Assembly: GCA_964016885.1 (NCBI GenBank)
Contig: OZ024759.1
Location: 5,456,001 to 5,520,000, forward strand
Direction: 5' to 3'
Origin: Eledone cirrhosa
Lineage: Eukaryota
DNA length: 64,000 nucleotides
How positions within the stretch are numbered: position 1 is the stretch's first letter; the number at the start of each line of letters is the position of its first letter. A program made the position numbers and the translations under genes. This document shows positions 1 through 13,900 of this stretch, piece after piece. A model generated the notes under the pieces. The model was not told where the DNA came from, searched no databases, and saw nothing but the letters and a program-made list of their open reading frames with translations.

Positions 1-3000
1 AGCTGTCAGAAGTAACCCCAATGTTGGTGAGAATTCATTTAAGTTCATGGTATTAGCTGTCAGAAGTCACTCCAATGTTGGTGAGAATTCATTTAAGTTC
101 ATGGTATTAGCTGTCAGAAGTAACTCCACTGTTGGTGAGAATTCATTTAAGTTCATGGTATTAGCTGTCAGAAGGAACTCCACTGTTGGTGAGAATTCAT
201 TTAAGTCATGGTATTAGCTGTCAGAAGTAACTCCAATGTTGGTGAGAATTCATTTAAGTTCATGGTATTAGCTGTCAGAAGTAACTCCACTGTTGGTGAG
301 AATACATTTAAGTTCATGGTACTAGTTGTCAGAAGTAACTCCACTGTTGGTGAGAATTCATTTAAGTTCATGGTGTTAGTTGTCAGCAGTAACTCCACTG
401 TTGGTGAGAATTCATTTAAGTCATGGTATTAGTTGTCAGAAGTAACTCCAATGTTGGTGAGAATTCATTTAAGTTCATGGTACTAGCTGTCAGAAGTAAC
501 TCCACTGTTGGTTAGAATTCATTTAAGTTCATGGTATTAGCTGTCAGAAGTAACTCCACTGTTGGTGAGAATTCATTTAAGTCATGGTATTAGCTGTCAG
601 AAGTAACTCCATTGTTGGTGAGAATTCATTTAAGTCATGGTACTAGCTGTCAGAAGTAACTCCACTGTTGGTGAGAATTCATTTAAGTTCATGGTACTAG
701 CTGTCAGAAGTAACTCCACTGTTGGTGAGAATTCATTTAAGTTCATGGTATTAGCTGTCAGAAGTAACTCCACTGTTGGTGAGAATTCATTTAAGTTCAT
801 GGTATTAGTTGTCAGAAGTAACTCCAATGTTGGTGAGAATTCATTTAAGTTCATGGTACTAGCTGTCAGACGTAACTACACTGTTGGTGAGAATTCATTT
901 AAGTTCATGGTATTAGCTGTCAGAAGTAACTCCACTGTTGGTGAGAATTCATTTAAGTTCATGGTATTAGCTGTCAGAAGTAACTCCACTGTTGGTGAGA
1001 ATTCATTTAAGTCATGGTATTAGCTGTCAGAAGTAACTCCAATGTTGGTGAGAATTCATTTAAGTTCATGGTATTAGCTGTCAGAAGGAACTCTACTGTT
1101 GGTGAGAATTCATTTAAGTTCATGGTATTAGATGTCAGAAGTAACTCCACTGTTGGTGAGAATTCATTTAAGTTCATGGTATTAGCTGTCAGAAGTAACT
1201 CCACTGTTGGTGAGAATTCATTTAAGTTCATGGTTCTAGCTGTCAGAAGTAACTCCAATGTTGGTGAGAATTCATTTAAGTTCATGGTATTAGCTGTCAG
1301 AAGTAACTCCACTGTTGGTGAGAATACATTTAAGTTCATGGTACTAGCTGTCAGAAGTAACTCCACTGTTGGTGAGAATTCATTTAAGTTCATGGTATTA
1401 GTTTGTCAGAAGTAACACCACTGTTGGTGAGAATTCATTTAAGTCATGGTATTAGTTTTCAGAAGTAACTCCAATGTTGGTGAGAATTCATTTAAGTTCA
1501 TGGTACTAGCTGTCAGAAGTAACTCCACTGTTGGTGAGAATTCATTTAAGTTCATGGTATTAGCTGTCAGAAGTCACTCCAATGTTGGTGAGAATTCATT
1601 TAAGTTCATGGTATTAGCTGTCAGAAGTAACTCCACTGTTGGTGAGAATTCATTTAAGTTCATGGTATTAGCTGTCAGAAGTAACTCCACTGTTGGTGAG
1701 AATTCATTTAAGTTCATGGTACTAGCTGTCAGAAGTAACTCCACTGTTGGTGAGAATTCATTTAAGTTCATGGTATTAGCTGTCAGAAGTAACTCCACTG
1801 TTGGTGAGAATTCATTTAAGTTCATGGTATTAGTTGTCAGAAGTAACTCCAATGTTGGTGAGAATTCATTTAAGTTCATGGTACTAGCTGTCAGAAGTAA
1901 CTACACTGTTGGTGAGAATTCATTTAAGTTCATGGTATTAGCTGTCAGAAGTAACTCCACTGTTGGTGAGAATTCATTTAAGTTCATGGTATTAGCTGTC
2001 AGAAGTAACTCCACTGTTGGTGAGAATTCATTTAAGTCATGGTATTAGCTGTCAGAAGTAACTCCAATGTTGGTGAGAATTCATTTAAGTTTATGGTATT
2101 AGCTGTCAGAAGGAACTCTACTGTTGGTGAGAATCCATTTAAGTTCATGGTATTAGATGTCAGAAGTAACTCCACTGTTGGTGAGAATTCATTTAAGTTC
2201 ATGGTATTAGCTGTCAGAAGTAACTCCACTGTTGGTGAGAATTCATTTAAGTTCATGGTACTAGCTGTCAGAAGTAACTCCAATGTTGGTGAGAATTCAT
2301 TTAAGTTCATGGTATTAGCTGTCAGAAGTAACTCCACTGTTGGTGAGAATTCATTTAAGGCATGGTATTAGCTGTCAGAAGTAACTCCAATGTTGGTGAG
2401 AATTCATTTAAGTTCATGGTATTAGCTGTCAGAAGTAACTCCACTGTTGGTGAGAATTCATTTAAGTTCATGGTATTAGCTGTCAGAAGTAACTCCACTG
2501 TTGGTGAGAATTCATTTAAGTTCATGGTACTAGCTGTCAGAAGTAACTCCACTGTTGGTGAGAATTCATTTAAGTTCATGGTATTAGTTTGTCAGAAGTA
2601 ACTCCACTGTTGGTGAGAATTCATTTAAGTCATGGTATTAGTTTTCAGAAATAACTCCAATGTTGGTGAGAATTCATTTAAGTTCATGGTACTAGCTGTC
2701 AGAAGTAACTCCACTGTTGGTGAGAATTCATTTAAGTTCATGGTATTAGCTGTCAGAAGTAACTCCACTGTTGGTGAGAATTCATTTAAGTCATGGTATT
2801 AGCTGTCAGAAGTAACTCCAATGTTGGTGAGAATTCATTTAATTCATGGTACTAGCTGTCAGAAGTAACTCCAATGTTGGTGAGAATTCATTTAAGTTCA
2901 TGGTATTAGCTGTCAGAAGTAACTCCACTGTTGGTGAGAATTCATTTAAGTTCATGGTATTAGCTGTCAGAAGTAACTCCACTGTTGGTGAGAATTCATT

Positions 3001-6000
3001 TAAGTCATGGTATTAGCTGTCAGAAGTAACTCCAATGTTGGTGAGAATTCATTTAAGTTCATGGTATTAGCTGTCGGAAGTCACTCCACTGTTGGTGAGT
3101 ATTCATTTAAGTTCATGGTACTAGCTGTCAGAAGTAACCCCAATGTTGGTGAGAATTCATTTAAGTTCATGGTATTAGCTGTCAGAAGTCACTCCAATGT
3201 TGGTGAGAATTCATTTAAGTTCATGGTATTAGCTGTCAGAAGTAACTCCACTGTTGGTGAGAATTCATTTAAGTTCATGGTATTAGCTGTCAGAAGGAAC
3301 TCCACTGTTGGTGAGAATTCATTTAAGTCATGGTATTAGCTGTCAGAAGTAACTCCAATGTTGGTGAGAATTCATTTAAGTTCATGGTATTAGCTGTCAG
3401 AAGTAACTCCACTGTTGGTGAGAATACATTTAAGTTCATGGTACTAGTTGTCAGAAGTAACTCCACTGTTGGTGAGAATTCATTTAAGTTCATGGTATTA
3501 GTTGTCAGAAGTAACTCCACTGTTGGTGAGAATTCATTTAAGTCATGGTATTAATTGTCAGAAGTAACTCCAATGTTGGTGAGAATTCATTTAAGTTCAT
3601 GGTACTAGCTGTCAGAAGTAACTCCACTGTTGGTGAGAATTCATTTAAGTTCATGGTATTAGCTGTCAGAAGTAACTCCACTGTTGGTGAGAATTCATTT
3701 AAGTCATGGTATTAGCTGTCAGAAGTAACTCCATTGTTGGTGAGAATTCATTTAAGTTCATGGTATTAGCTGTCAGAAGTAACTCCACTGTTGGTGAGAA
3801 TTCATTTAAGTTCATGGTTCTAGCTGTCAGAAGTAACTCCAATGTTGGTGAGAATTCATTTAAGTTCATGGTATTAGCTGTCAGAAGTAACTCCACTGTT
3901 GGTGAGAATTCATTTAAGTCATGGTATTAGCTGTCAGAAGTAACTCCAATGTTGGTGAGAATTCATTTAAGTTCATGGTATTAGCTGTCAGAAGTAACTC
4001 CACTGTTGGTGAGAATTCATTTAAGTTCATGGTATTAGCTGTCAGAAGTAACTCCACTGTTGGTGAGAATTCATTTAAGTTCATGGTACTAGCTGTCAGA
4101 AGTAACTCCACTGTTGGTGAGAATTCATTTAAGTTCATGGTATTAGTTTGTCAGAAGTAACACCACTGTTGGTGAGAATTCATTTAAGTCATGGTATTAG
4201 TTTTCAGAAGTAACTCCAATGTTGGTGAGAATTCATTTAAGTTCATGGTACTAGCTGTCAGAAGTAACTCCACTGTTGGTGAGAATTCATTTAAGTTCAT
4301 GGTATTAGCTGTCAGAAGTAACTCCACTGTTGGTGAGAATTCATTTAAGTCATGGTCTTAGCTGTCAGAAGTAACTCCAATGTTGGTGAGAATTCATTTA
4401 AGTCATGGTACTAGCTGTCAGAAGTAACTCCAATGTTGGTGAGAATTCATTTAAGTTCATGGTACTAGCTGTCAGAAGTAACTCCACTGTTGGTGAGAAT
4501 TCATTTAAGTTCATGGTATTAGCTGTCAGAAGTAACTCCACTGTTGGTGAGAATTCATTTAAGTCATGGTATTAGCTGTCAGAAGTAACTCCATTGTTGG
4601 TGAGAATTCATTTAAGTCATGGTACTAGCTGTCAGAAGTAACTCCACTGTTGGTCAGAATTCATTTAAGTTCATGGTACTAGCTGTCAGAAGTAACTCCA
4701 CTGTTGGTGAGAATTCATTTAAGTTCATGGTATTAGCTGTCAGAAGTAACTCCACTGTTGGTGAGAATTCATTTAAGTTCATGGTATTAGTTGTCAGAAG
4801 TAACTCCAATGTTGGTGAGAATTCATTTAAGTTCATGGTACTAGCTGTCAGACGTAACTACACTGTTGGTGAGAATTCATTTAAGTTCATGGTATTAGCT
4901 GTCAGAAGTAACTCCACTGTTGGTGAGAATTCATTTAAGTTAATGGTATTAGCTGTCAGAAGTAACTCCACTGTTGGTGAGAATTCATTTAAGTCATGGT
5001 ATTAGCTGTCAGAAGTAACTCCAATGTTGGTGAGAATTCATTTAAGTTCATGGTATTAGCTGTCAGAAGGAACTCTACTGTTGGTGAGAATTCATTTAAG
5101 TTCATGGTATTAGATGTCAGAAGTAACTCCACTGTTGGTGAGAATTCATTTAAGTTCATGGTATTAGCTGTCAGAAGTAACTCCACTGTTGGTGAGAATT
5201 CATTTAAGTTCATGGTTCTAGCTGTCAGAAGTAACTCCAATGTTGGTGAGAATTCATTTAAGTTCATGGTATTAGCTGTCAGAAGTAACTCCACTGTTGG
5301 TGAGAATTCATTTAAGTCATGGTATTAGCTGTCAGAAGTAACTCCAATGTTGGTGAGAATTCATTTAAGTTCATGGTATTAGTTTGTCAGAAGTAACTCC
5401 ACTGTTGGTGAGAATTCATTTAAGTCATGGTATTAGTTTTCAGAAATAACTCCAATGTTGGTGAGAATTCATTTAAGTTCATGGTATTAGCTGTCAGAAG
5501 TCACTCCACTGTTGGTGAGAATTCATTTAAGTTCATGGTACAAGCTGTCAGAAGTAACCCCAATGTTGGTGAGAATTCATTTAAGTTCATGGTATTAGCT
5601 GTCAGAAGTCACTCCAATGTTGGTGAGAATTCATTTAAGTTCATGGTATTAGCTGTCAGAAGTAACTCCACTGTTGGTGAGAATTCATTTAAGTTCATGG
5701 TATTAGCTGTCAGAAGGAACTCCACTGTTGGTGAGAATTCATTTAAGTCATGGTATTAGCTGTCAGAAGTAACTCCAATGTTGGTGAGAATTCATTTAAG
5801 TTCATGGTATTAGCTGTCAGAAGTAACTCCACTGTTGGTGAGAATACATTTAAGTTCATGGTACTAGTTGTCAGAAGTAACTCCACTGTTGGTGAGAATT
5901 CATTTAAGTTCATGGTGTTAGTTGTCAGCAGTAACTCCACTGTTGGTGAGAATTCATTTAAGTCATGGTATTAGTTGTCAGAAGTAACTCCAATGTTGGT

Positions 6001-9000
6001 GAGAATTCATTTAAGTTCATGGTACTAGCTGTCAGAAGTAACTCCACTGTTGGTTAGAATTCATTTAAGTTCATGGTATTAGCTGTCAGAAGTAACTCCA
6101 CTGTTGGTGAGAATTCATTTAAGTCATGGTATTAGCTGTCAGAAGTAACTCCATTGTTGGTGAGAATTCATTTAAGTCATGGTACTAGCTGTCAGAAGTA
6201 ACTCCACTGTTGGTGAGAATTCATTTAAGTTCATGGTACTAGCTGTCAGAAGTAACTCCACTGTTGGTGAGAATTCATTTAAGTTCATGGTATTAGCTGT
6301 CAGAAGTAACTCCACTGTTGGTGAGAATTCATTTAAGTTCATGGTATTAGTTGTCAGAAGTAACTCCAATGTTGGTGAGAATTCATTTAAGTTCATGGTA
6401 CTAGCTGTCAGACGTAACTACACTGTTGGTGAGAATTCATTTAAGTTCATGGTATTAGCTGTCAGAAGTAACTCCACTGTTGGTGAGAATTCATTTAAGT
6501 TCATGGTATTAGCTGTCAGAAGTAACTCCACTGTTGGTGAGAATTCATTTAAGTCATGGTATTAGCTGTCAGAAGTAACTCCAATGTTGGTGAGAATTCA
6601 TTTAAGTTCATGGTATTAGCTGTCAGAAGGAACTCTACTGTTGGTGAGAATTCATTTAAGTTCATGGTATTAGATGTCAGAAGTAACTCCACTGTTGGTG
6701 AGAATTCATTTAAGTTCATGGTATTAGCTGTCAGAAGTAACTCCACTGTTGGTGAGAATTCATTTAAGTTCATGGTTCTAGCTGTCAGAAGTAACTCCAA
6801 TGTTGGTGAGAATTCATTTAAGTTCATGGTATTAGCTGTCAGAAGTAACTCCACTGTTGGTGAGAATACATTTAAGTTCATGGTACTAGCTGTCAGAAGT
6901 AACTCCACTGTTGGTGAGAATTCATTTAAGTTCATGGTATTAGTTTGTCAGAAGTAACACCACTGTTGGTGAGAATTCATTTAAGTCATGGTATTAGTTT
7001 TCAGAAGTAACTCCAATGTTGGTGAGAATTCATTTAAGTTCATGGTACTAGCTGTCAGAAGTAACTCCACTGTTGGTGAGAATTCATTTAAGTTCATGGT
7101 ATTAGCTGTCAGAAGTCACTCCAATGTTGGTGAGAATTCATTTAAGTTCATGGTATTAGCTGTCAGAAGTAACTCCACTGTTGGTGAGAATTCATTTAAG
7201 TTCATGGTATTAGCTGTCAGAAGTAACTCCACTGTTGGTGAGAATTCATTTAAGTTCATGGTACTAGCTGTCAGAAGTAACTCCACTGTTGGTGAGAATT
7301 CATTTAAGTTCATGGTATTAGCTGTCAGAAGTAACTCCACTGTTGGTGAGAATTCATTTAAGTTCATGGTATTAGTTGTCAGAAGTAACTCCAATGTTGG
7401 TGAGAATTCATTTAAGTTCATGGTACTAGCTGTCAGAAGTAACTACACTGTTGGTGAGAATTCATTTAAGTTCATGGTATTAGCTGTCAGAAGTAACTCC
7501 ACTGTTGGTGAGAATTCATTTAAGTTCATGGTATTAGCTGTCAGAAGTAACTCCACTGTTGGTGAGAATTCATTTAAGTCATGGTATTAGCTGTCAGAAG
7601 TAACTCCAATGTTGGTGAGAATTCATTTAAGTTTATGGTATTAGCTGTCAGAAGGAACTCTACTGTTGGTGAGAATCCATTTAAGTTCATGGTATTAGAT
7701 GTCAGAAGTAACTCCACTGTTGGTGAGAATTCATTTAAGTTCATGGTATTAGCTGTCAGAAGTAACTCCACTGTTGGTGAGAATTCATTTAAGTTCATGG
7801 TACTAGCTGTCAGAAGTAACTCCAATGTTGGTGAGAATTCATTTAAGTTCATGGTATTAGCTGTCAGAAGTAACTCCACTGTTGGTGAGAATTCATTTAA
7901 GGCATGGTATTAGCTGTCAGAAGTAACTCCAATGTTGGTGAGAATTCATTTAAGTTCATGGTATTAGCTGTCAGAAGTAACTCCACTGTTGGTGAGAATT
8001 CATTTAAGTTCATGGTATTAGCTGTCAGAAGTAACTCCACTGTTGGTGAGAATTCATTTAAGTTCATGGTACTAGCTGTCAGAAGTAACTCCACTGTTGG
8101 TGAGAATTCATTTAAGTTCATGGTATTAGTTTGTCAGAAGTAACTCCACTGTTGGTGAGAATTCATTTAAGTCATGGTATTAGTTTTCAGAAATAACTCC
8201 AATGTTGGTGAGAATTCATTTAAGTTCATGGTACTAGCTGTCAGAAGTAACTCCACTGTTGGTGAGAATTCATTTAAGTTCATGGTATTAGCTGTCAGAA
8301 GTAACTCCACTGTTGGTGAGAATTCATTTAAGTCATGGTATTAGCTGTCAGAAGTAACTCCAATGTTGGTGAGAATTCATTTAATTCATGGTACTAGCTG
8401 TCAGAAGTAACTCCAATGTTGGTGAGAATTCATTTAAGTTCATGGTATTAGCTGTCAGAAGTAACTCCACTGTTGGTGAGAATTCATTTAAGTTCATGGT
8501 ATTAGCTGTCAGAAGTAACTCCACTGTTGGTGAGAATTCATTTAAGTCATGGTATTAGCTGTCAGAAGTAACTCCAATGTTGGTGAGAATTCATTTAAGT
8601 TCATGGTATTAGCTGTCGGAAGTCACTCCACTGTTGGTGAGTATTCATTTAAGTTCATGGTACTAGCTGTCAGAAGTAACCCCAATGTTGGTGAGAATTC
8701 ATTTAAGTTCATGGTATTAGCTGTCAGAAGTCACTCCAATGTTGGTGAGAATTCATTTAAGTTCATGGTATTAGCTGTCAGAAGTAACTCCACTGTTGGT
8801 GAGAATTCATTTAAGTTCATGGTATTAGCTGTCAGAAGGAACTCCACTGTTGGTGAGAATTCATTTAAGTCATGGTATTAGCTGTCAGAAGTAACTCCAA
8901 TGTTGGTGAGAATTCATTTAAGTTCATGGTATTAGCTGTCAGAAGTAACTCCACTGTTGGTGAGAATACATTTAAGTTCATGGTACTAGTTGTCAGAAGT

Positions 9001-10920
9001 AACTCCACTGTTGGTGAGAATTCATTTAAGTTCATGGTATTAGTTGTCAGAAGTAACTCCACTGTTGGTGAGAATTCATTTAAATCATGGTATTAATTGT
9101 CAGAAGTAACTCCAATGTTGGTGAGAATTCATTTAAGTTCATGGTACTAGCTGTCAGAAGTAACTCCACTGTTGGTGAGAATTCATTTAAGTTCATGGTA
9201 TTAGCTGTCAGAAGTAACTCCACTGTTGGTGAGAATTCATTTAAGTCATGGTATTAGCTGTCAGAAGTAACTCCATTGTTGGTGAGAATTCATTTAAGTT
9301 CATGGTATTAGCTGTCAGAAGTAACTCCACTGTTGGTGAGAATTCATTTAAGTTCATGGTTCTAGCTGTCAGAAGTAACTCCAATGTTGGTGAGAATTCA
9401 TTTAAGTTCATGGTATTAGCTGTCAGAAGTAACTCCACTGTTGGTGAGAATTCATTTAAGTCATGGTATTAGCTGTCAGAAGTAACTCCAATGTTGGTGA
9501 GAATTCATTTAAGTTCATGGTATTAGCTGTCAGAAGTAACTCCACTGTTGGTGAGAATTCATTTAAGTTCATGGTATTAGCTGTCAGAAGTAACTCCACT
9601 GTTGGTGAGAATTCATTTAAGTTCATGGTACTAGCTGTCAGAAGTAACTCCACTGTTGGTGAGAATTCATTTAAGTTCATGGTATTAGTTTGTCAGAAGT
9701 AACACCACTGTTGGTGAGAATTCATTTAAGTCATGGTATTAGTTTTCAGAAGTAACTCCAATGTTGGTGAGAATTCATTTAAGTTCATGGTACTAGCTGT
9801 CAGAAGTAACTCCACTGTTGGTGAGAATTCATTTAAGTTCATGGTATTAGCTGTCAGAAGTAACTCCACTGTTGGTGAGAATTCATTTAAGTCATGGTCT
9901 TAGCTGTCAGAAGTAACTCCAATGTTGGTGAGAATTCATTTAAGTCATGGTACTAGCTGTCAGAAGTAACTCCAATGTTGGTGAGAATTCATTTAAGTTC
10001 ATGGTACTAGCTGTCAGAAGTAACTCCACTGTTGGTGAGAATTCATTTAAGTTCATGGTATTAGCTGTCAGAAGTAACTCCACTGTTGGTGAGAATTCAT
10101 TTAAGTCATGGTATTAGCTGTCAGAAGTAACTCCATTGTTGGTGAGAATTCATTTAAGTCATGGTACTAGCTGTCAGAAGTAACTCCACTGTTGGTCAGA
10201 ATTCATTTAAGTTCATGGTACTAGCTGTCAGAAGTAACTCCACTGTTGGTGAGAATTCATTTAAGTTCATGGTATTAGCTGTCAGAAGTAACTCCACTGT
10301 TGGTGAGAATTCATTTAAGTTCATGGTATTAGTTGTCAGAAGTAACTCCAATGTTGGTGAGAATTCATTTAAGTTCATGGTACTAGCTGTCAGACGTAAC
10401 TACACTGTTGGTGAGAATTCATTTAAGTTCATGGTATTAGCTGTCAGAAGTAACTCCACTGTTGGTGAGAATTCATTTAAGTTAATGGTATTAGCTGTCA
10501 GAAGTAACTCCACTGTTGGTGAGAATTCATTTAAGTCATGGTATTAGCTGTCAGAAGTAACTCCAATGTTGGTGAGAATTCATTTAAGTTCATGGTATTA
10601 GCTGTCAGAAGGAACTCTACTGTTGGTGAGAATTCATTTAAGTTCATGGTATTAGATGTCAGAAGTAACTCCACTGTTGGTGAGAATTCATTTAAGTTCA
10701 TGGTATTAGCTGTCAGAAGTAACTCCACTGTTGGTGAGAATTCATTTAAGTTCATGGTTCTAGCTGTCAGAAGTAACTCCAATGTTGGTGAGAATTCATT
10801 TAAGTTCATGGTATTAGCTGTCAGAAGTAACTCCACTGTTGGTGAGAATTCATTTAAGTCATGGTATTAGCTGTCAGAAGTAACTCCAATGTTGGTGAGA
10901 ATTCATTTAAGTTCATGGTA
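1..10920 (+). repeat. Higher-order tandem duplication, period 5542 bp (about 103 monomers): 1-~5380 vs 5543-~10920
   Basis: ORF starts are offset by exactly 5542 (208/5750, 637/6179, 1446/6988, 3007/8549, 4619/10161, 4996/10538). Rare variants are shared: GTGTTAGTTGTCAGCAGT (~373/~5915), GAATCCATTT (2131/7673) and GTCGGAAG (~3073/~8615). Confidence 0.95.
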
Positions 10921-13900
10921 TTAGCTGTCAGAAGTAACTCCACTGTTGGTGAGAATTCATTTAAGTTCATGGTATTAGCTGTCAGAAGTAACTCCACTGT
11001 TGGTGAGAATTCATTTAAGTTCATGGTACTAGCTGTCAGAAGTAACTCCAATGTTGGTGAGAATTCATTTAAGTTCATGGTATTAGTTTGTCAGAAGTAA
11101 CACCACTGTTGGTGAGAATTCATTTAAGTCATGGTATTAGTTTTCAGAAGTAACTCCAATGTTGGTGAGAATTCATTTAAGTTCATGGTACTAGCTGTCA
11201 GAAGTAACTCCACTGTTGGTGAGAATTCATTTAAGTTCATGGTATTAGCTGTCAGAAGTAACTCCACTGTTGGTGAGAATTCATTTAAGTCATGGTCTTA
11301 GCTGTCAGAAGTAACTCCAATGTTGGTGAGAATTCATTTAAGTCATGGTACTAGCTGTCAGAAGTAACTCCAATGTTGGTGAGAATTCATTTAAGTTCAT
11401 GGTATTAGCTGTCAGAAGTAACTCCACTGTTGGTGAGAATTCATTTAAGTTCATGGTATTAGCTGTCAGAAGTAACTCCACTGTTGGTGAGAATTCATTT
11501 AAGTCATGGTATTAGCTGTCAGAAGTAACTCCAATGTTGGTGAGAATTCATTTAAGTTCATGGTATTAGCTGTCAGAAGTCACTCCACTGTTGGTGAGAA
11601 TTCATTTAAGTTCATGGTACTAGCTGTCAGAAGTAACCCCAATGTTGGTGAGAATTCATTTAAGTTCATGGTATTAGCTGTCAGAAGTCACTCCAATGTT
11701 GGTGAGAATTCATTTAAGTTCATGGTATTAGCTGTCAGAAGTAACTCCACTGTTGGTGAGAATTCATTTAAGTTCATGGTATTAGCTGTCAGAAGGAACT
11801 CCACTGTTGGTGAGAATTCATTTAAGTTCATGGTACTAGCTGTCAGAAGTAACTCCACTGTTGGTGAGAATTCATTTAAGTTCATGGTATTAGTTTGTCA
11901 GAAGTAACACCACTGTTGGTGAGAATTCATTTAAGTCATGGTATTAGTTTTCAGAAGTAACTCCAATGTTGGTGAGAATTCATTTAAGTTCATGGTACTA
12001 GCTGTCAGAAGTAACTCCACTGTTGGTGAGAATTCATTTAAGTTCATGGTATTAGCTGTCAGAAGTCACTCCAATGTTGGTGAGAATTCATTTAAGTTCA
12101 TGGTATTAGCTGTCAGAAGTAACTCCACTGTTGGTGAGAATTCATTTAAGTTCATGGTATTAGCTGTCAGAAGTAACTCCACTGTTGGTGAGAATTCATT
12201 TAAGTTCATGGTACTAGCTGTCAGAAGTAACTCCACTATTGGTGAGAATTCATTTAAGTTCATGGTATTAGCTGTCAGAAGTAACTCCACTGTTGGTGAG
12301 AATTCATTTAAGTTCATGGTATTAGTTGTCAGAAGTAACTCCAATGTTGGTGAGAATTCATTTAAGTTCATGGTACTAGCTGTCAGAAGTAACTACACTG
12401 TTGGTGAGAATTCATTTAAGTTCATGGTATTAGCTGTCAGAAGTAACTCCACTGTTGGTGAGAATTCATTTAAGTTCATGGTATTAGCTGTCAGAAGTAA
12501 CTCCACTGTTGGTGAGAATTCATTTAAGTCATGGTATTAGCTTTCAGAAGTAACTCCACTGTTGGTGAGAATTCATTTAAGTTCATGGTATTAGCTGTCA
12601 GAAGTAACTCCACTGTTGGTGAGAATTCATTTAAGTTCATGGTACTAGCTGTCAGAAGTAACTCCAATGTTGGTGAGAATTCATTTAAGTTCATGGTATT
12701 AGCTGTCAGAAGTAACTCCACTGTTGGTGAGAATTCATTTAAGGCATGGTATTAGCTGTCAGAAGTAACTCCAATGTTGGTGAGAATTCATTTAAGTTCA
12801 TGGTATTAGCTGTCAGAAGTAACTCCACTGTTGGTGAGAATTCATTTAAGTTCATGGTATTAGCTGTCAGAAGTAACTCCAATGTTGGTGAGAATTCATT
12901 TAAGTTCATGGTATTAGCTGTCAGAAGTAACTCCACTGTTGGTGAGAATACATTTAAGTTCATGGTACTAGTTGTCAGAAGTAACTCCACTGTTGGTGAG
13001 AATTCATTTAAGTTCATGGTATTAGTTGTCAGAAGTAACTCCACTGTTGGTGAGAATTCATTTAAGTCATGGTATTAATTGTCAGAAGTAACTCCAATGT
13101 TGGTGAGAATTCATTTAAGTTCATGGTACTAGCTGTCAGAAGTAACTCCACTGTTGGTGAGAATTCATTTAAGTTCATGGTATTAGCTGTCAGAAGTAAC
13201 TCCACTGTTGGTGAGAATTCATTTAAGTCATGGTATTAGCTGTCAGAAGTAACTCCATTGTTGGTGAGAATTCATTTAAGTTCATGGTATTAGCTGTCAG
13301 AAGTAACTCCACTGTTGGTGAGAATTCATTTAAGTTCATGGTTCTAGCTGTCAGAAGTAACTCCAATGTTGGTGAGAATTCATTTAAGTTCATGGTATTA
13401 GCTGTCAGAAGTAACTCCACTGTTGGTGAGAATTCATTTAAGTCATGGTATTAGCTGTCAGAAGTAACTCCAATGTTGGTGAGAATTCATTTAAGTTCAT
13501 GGTATTAGCTGTCAGAAGTAACTCCACTGTTGGTGAGAATTCATTTAAGTTCATGGTATTAGCTGTCAGAAGTAACTCCACTGTTGGTGAGAATTCATTT
13601 AAGTTCATGGTACTAGCTGTCAGAAGTAACTCCACTGTTGGTGAGAATTCATTTAAGTTCATGGTATTAGTTTGTCAGAAGTAACACCACTGTTGGTGAG
13701 AATTCATTTAAGTCATGGTATTAGTTTTCAGAAGTAACTCCAATGTTGGTGAGAATTCATTTAAGTTCATGGTACTAGCTGTCAGAAGTAACTCCACTGT
13801 TGGTGAGAATTCATTTAAGTTCATGGTATTAGCTGTCAGAAGTAACTCCACTGTTGGTGAGAATTCATTTAAGTCATGGTCTTAGCTGTCAGAAGTAACT

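Noticed and set aside
101-154. Internal 18-bp (3x18) or 10-bp sub-periodicity of the monomer (CTGT twice 18 bp apart, AACTC/AATTC 18 bp apart, TTCAT twice 10 bp apart)
   Set aside because: Matches are only 4-5 bp in AT-rich sequence and cannot be distinguished from chance by eye.
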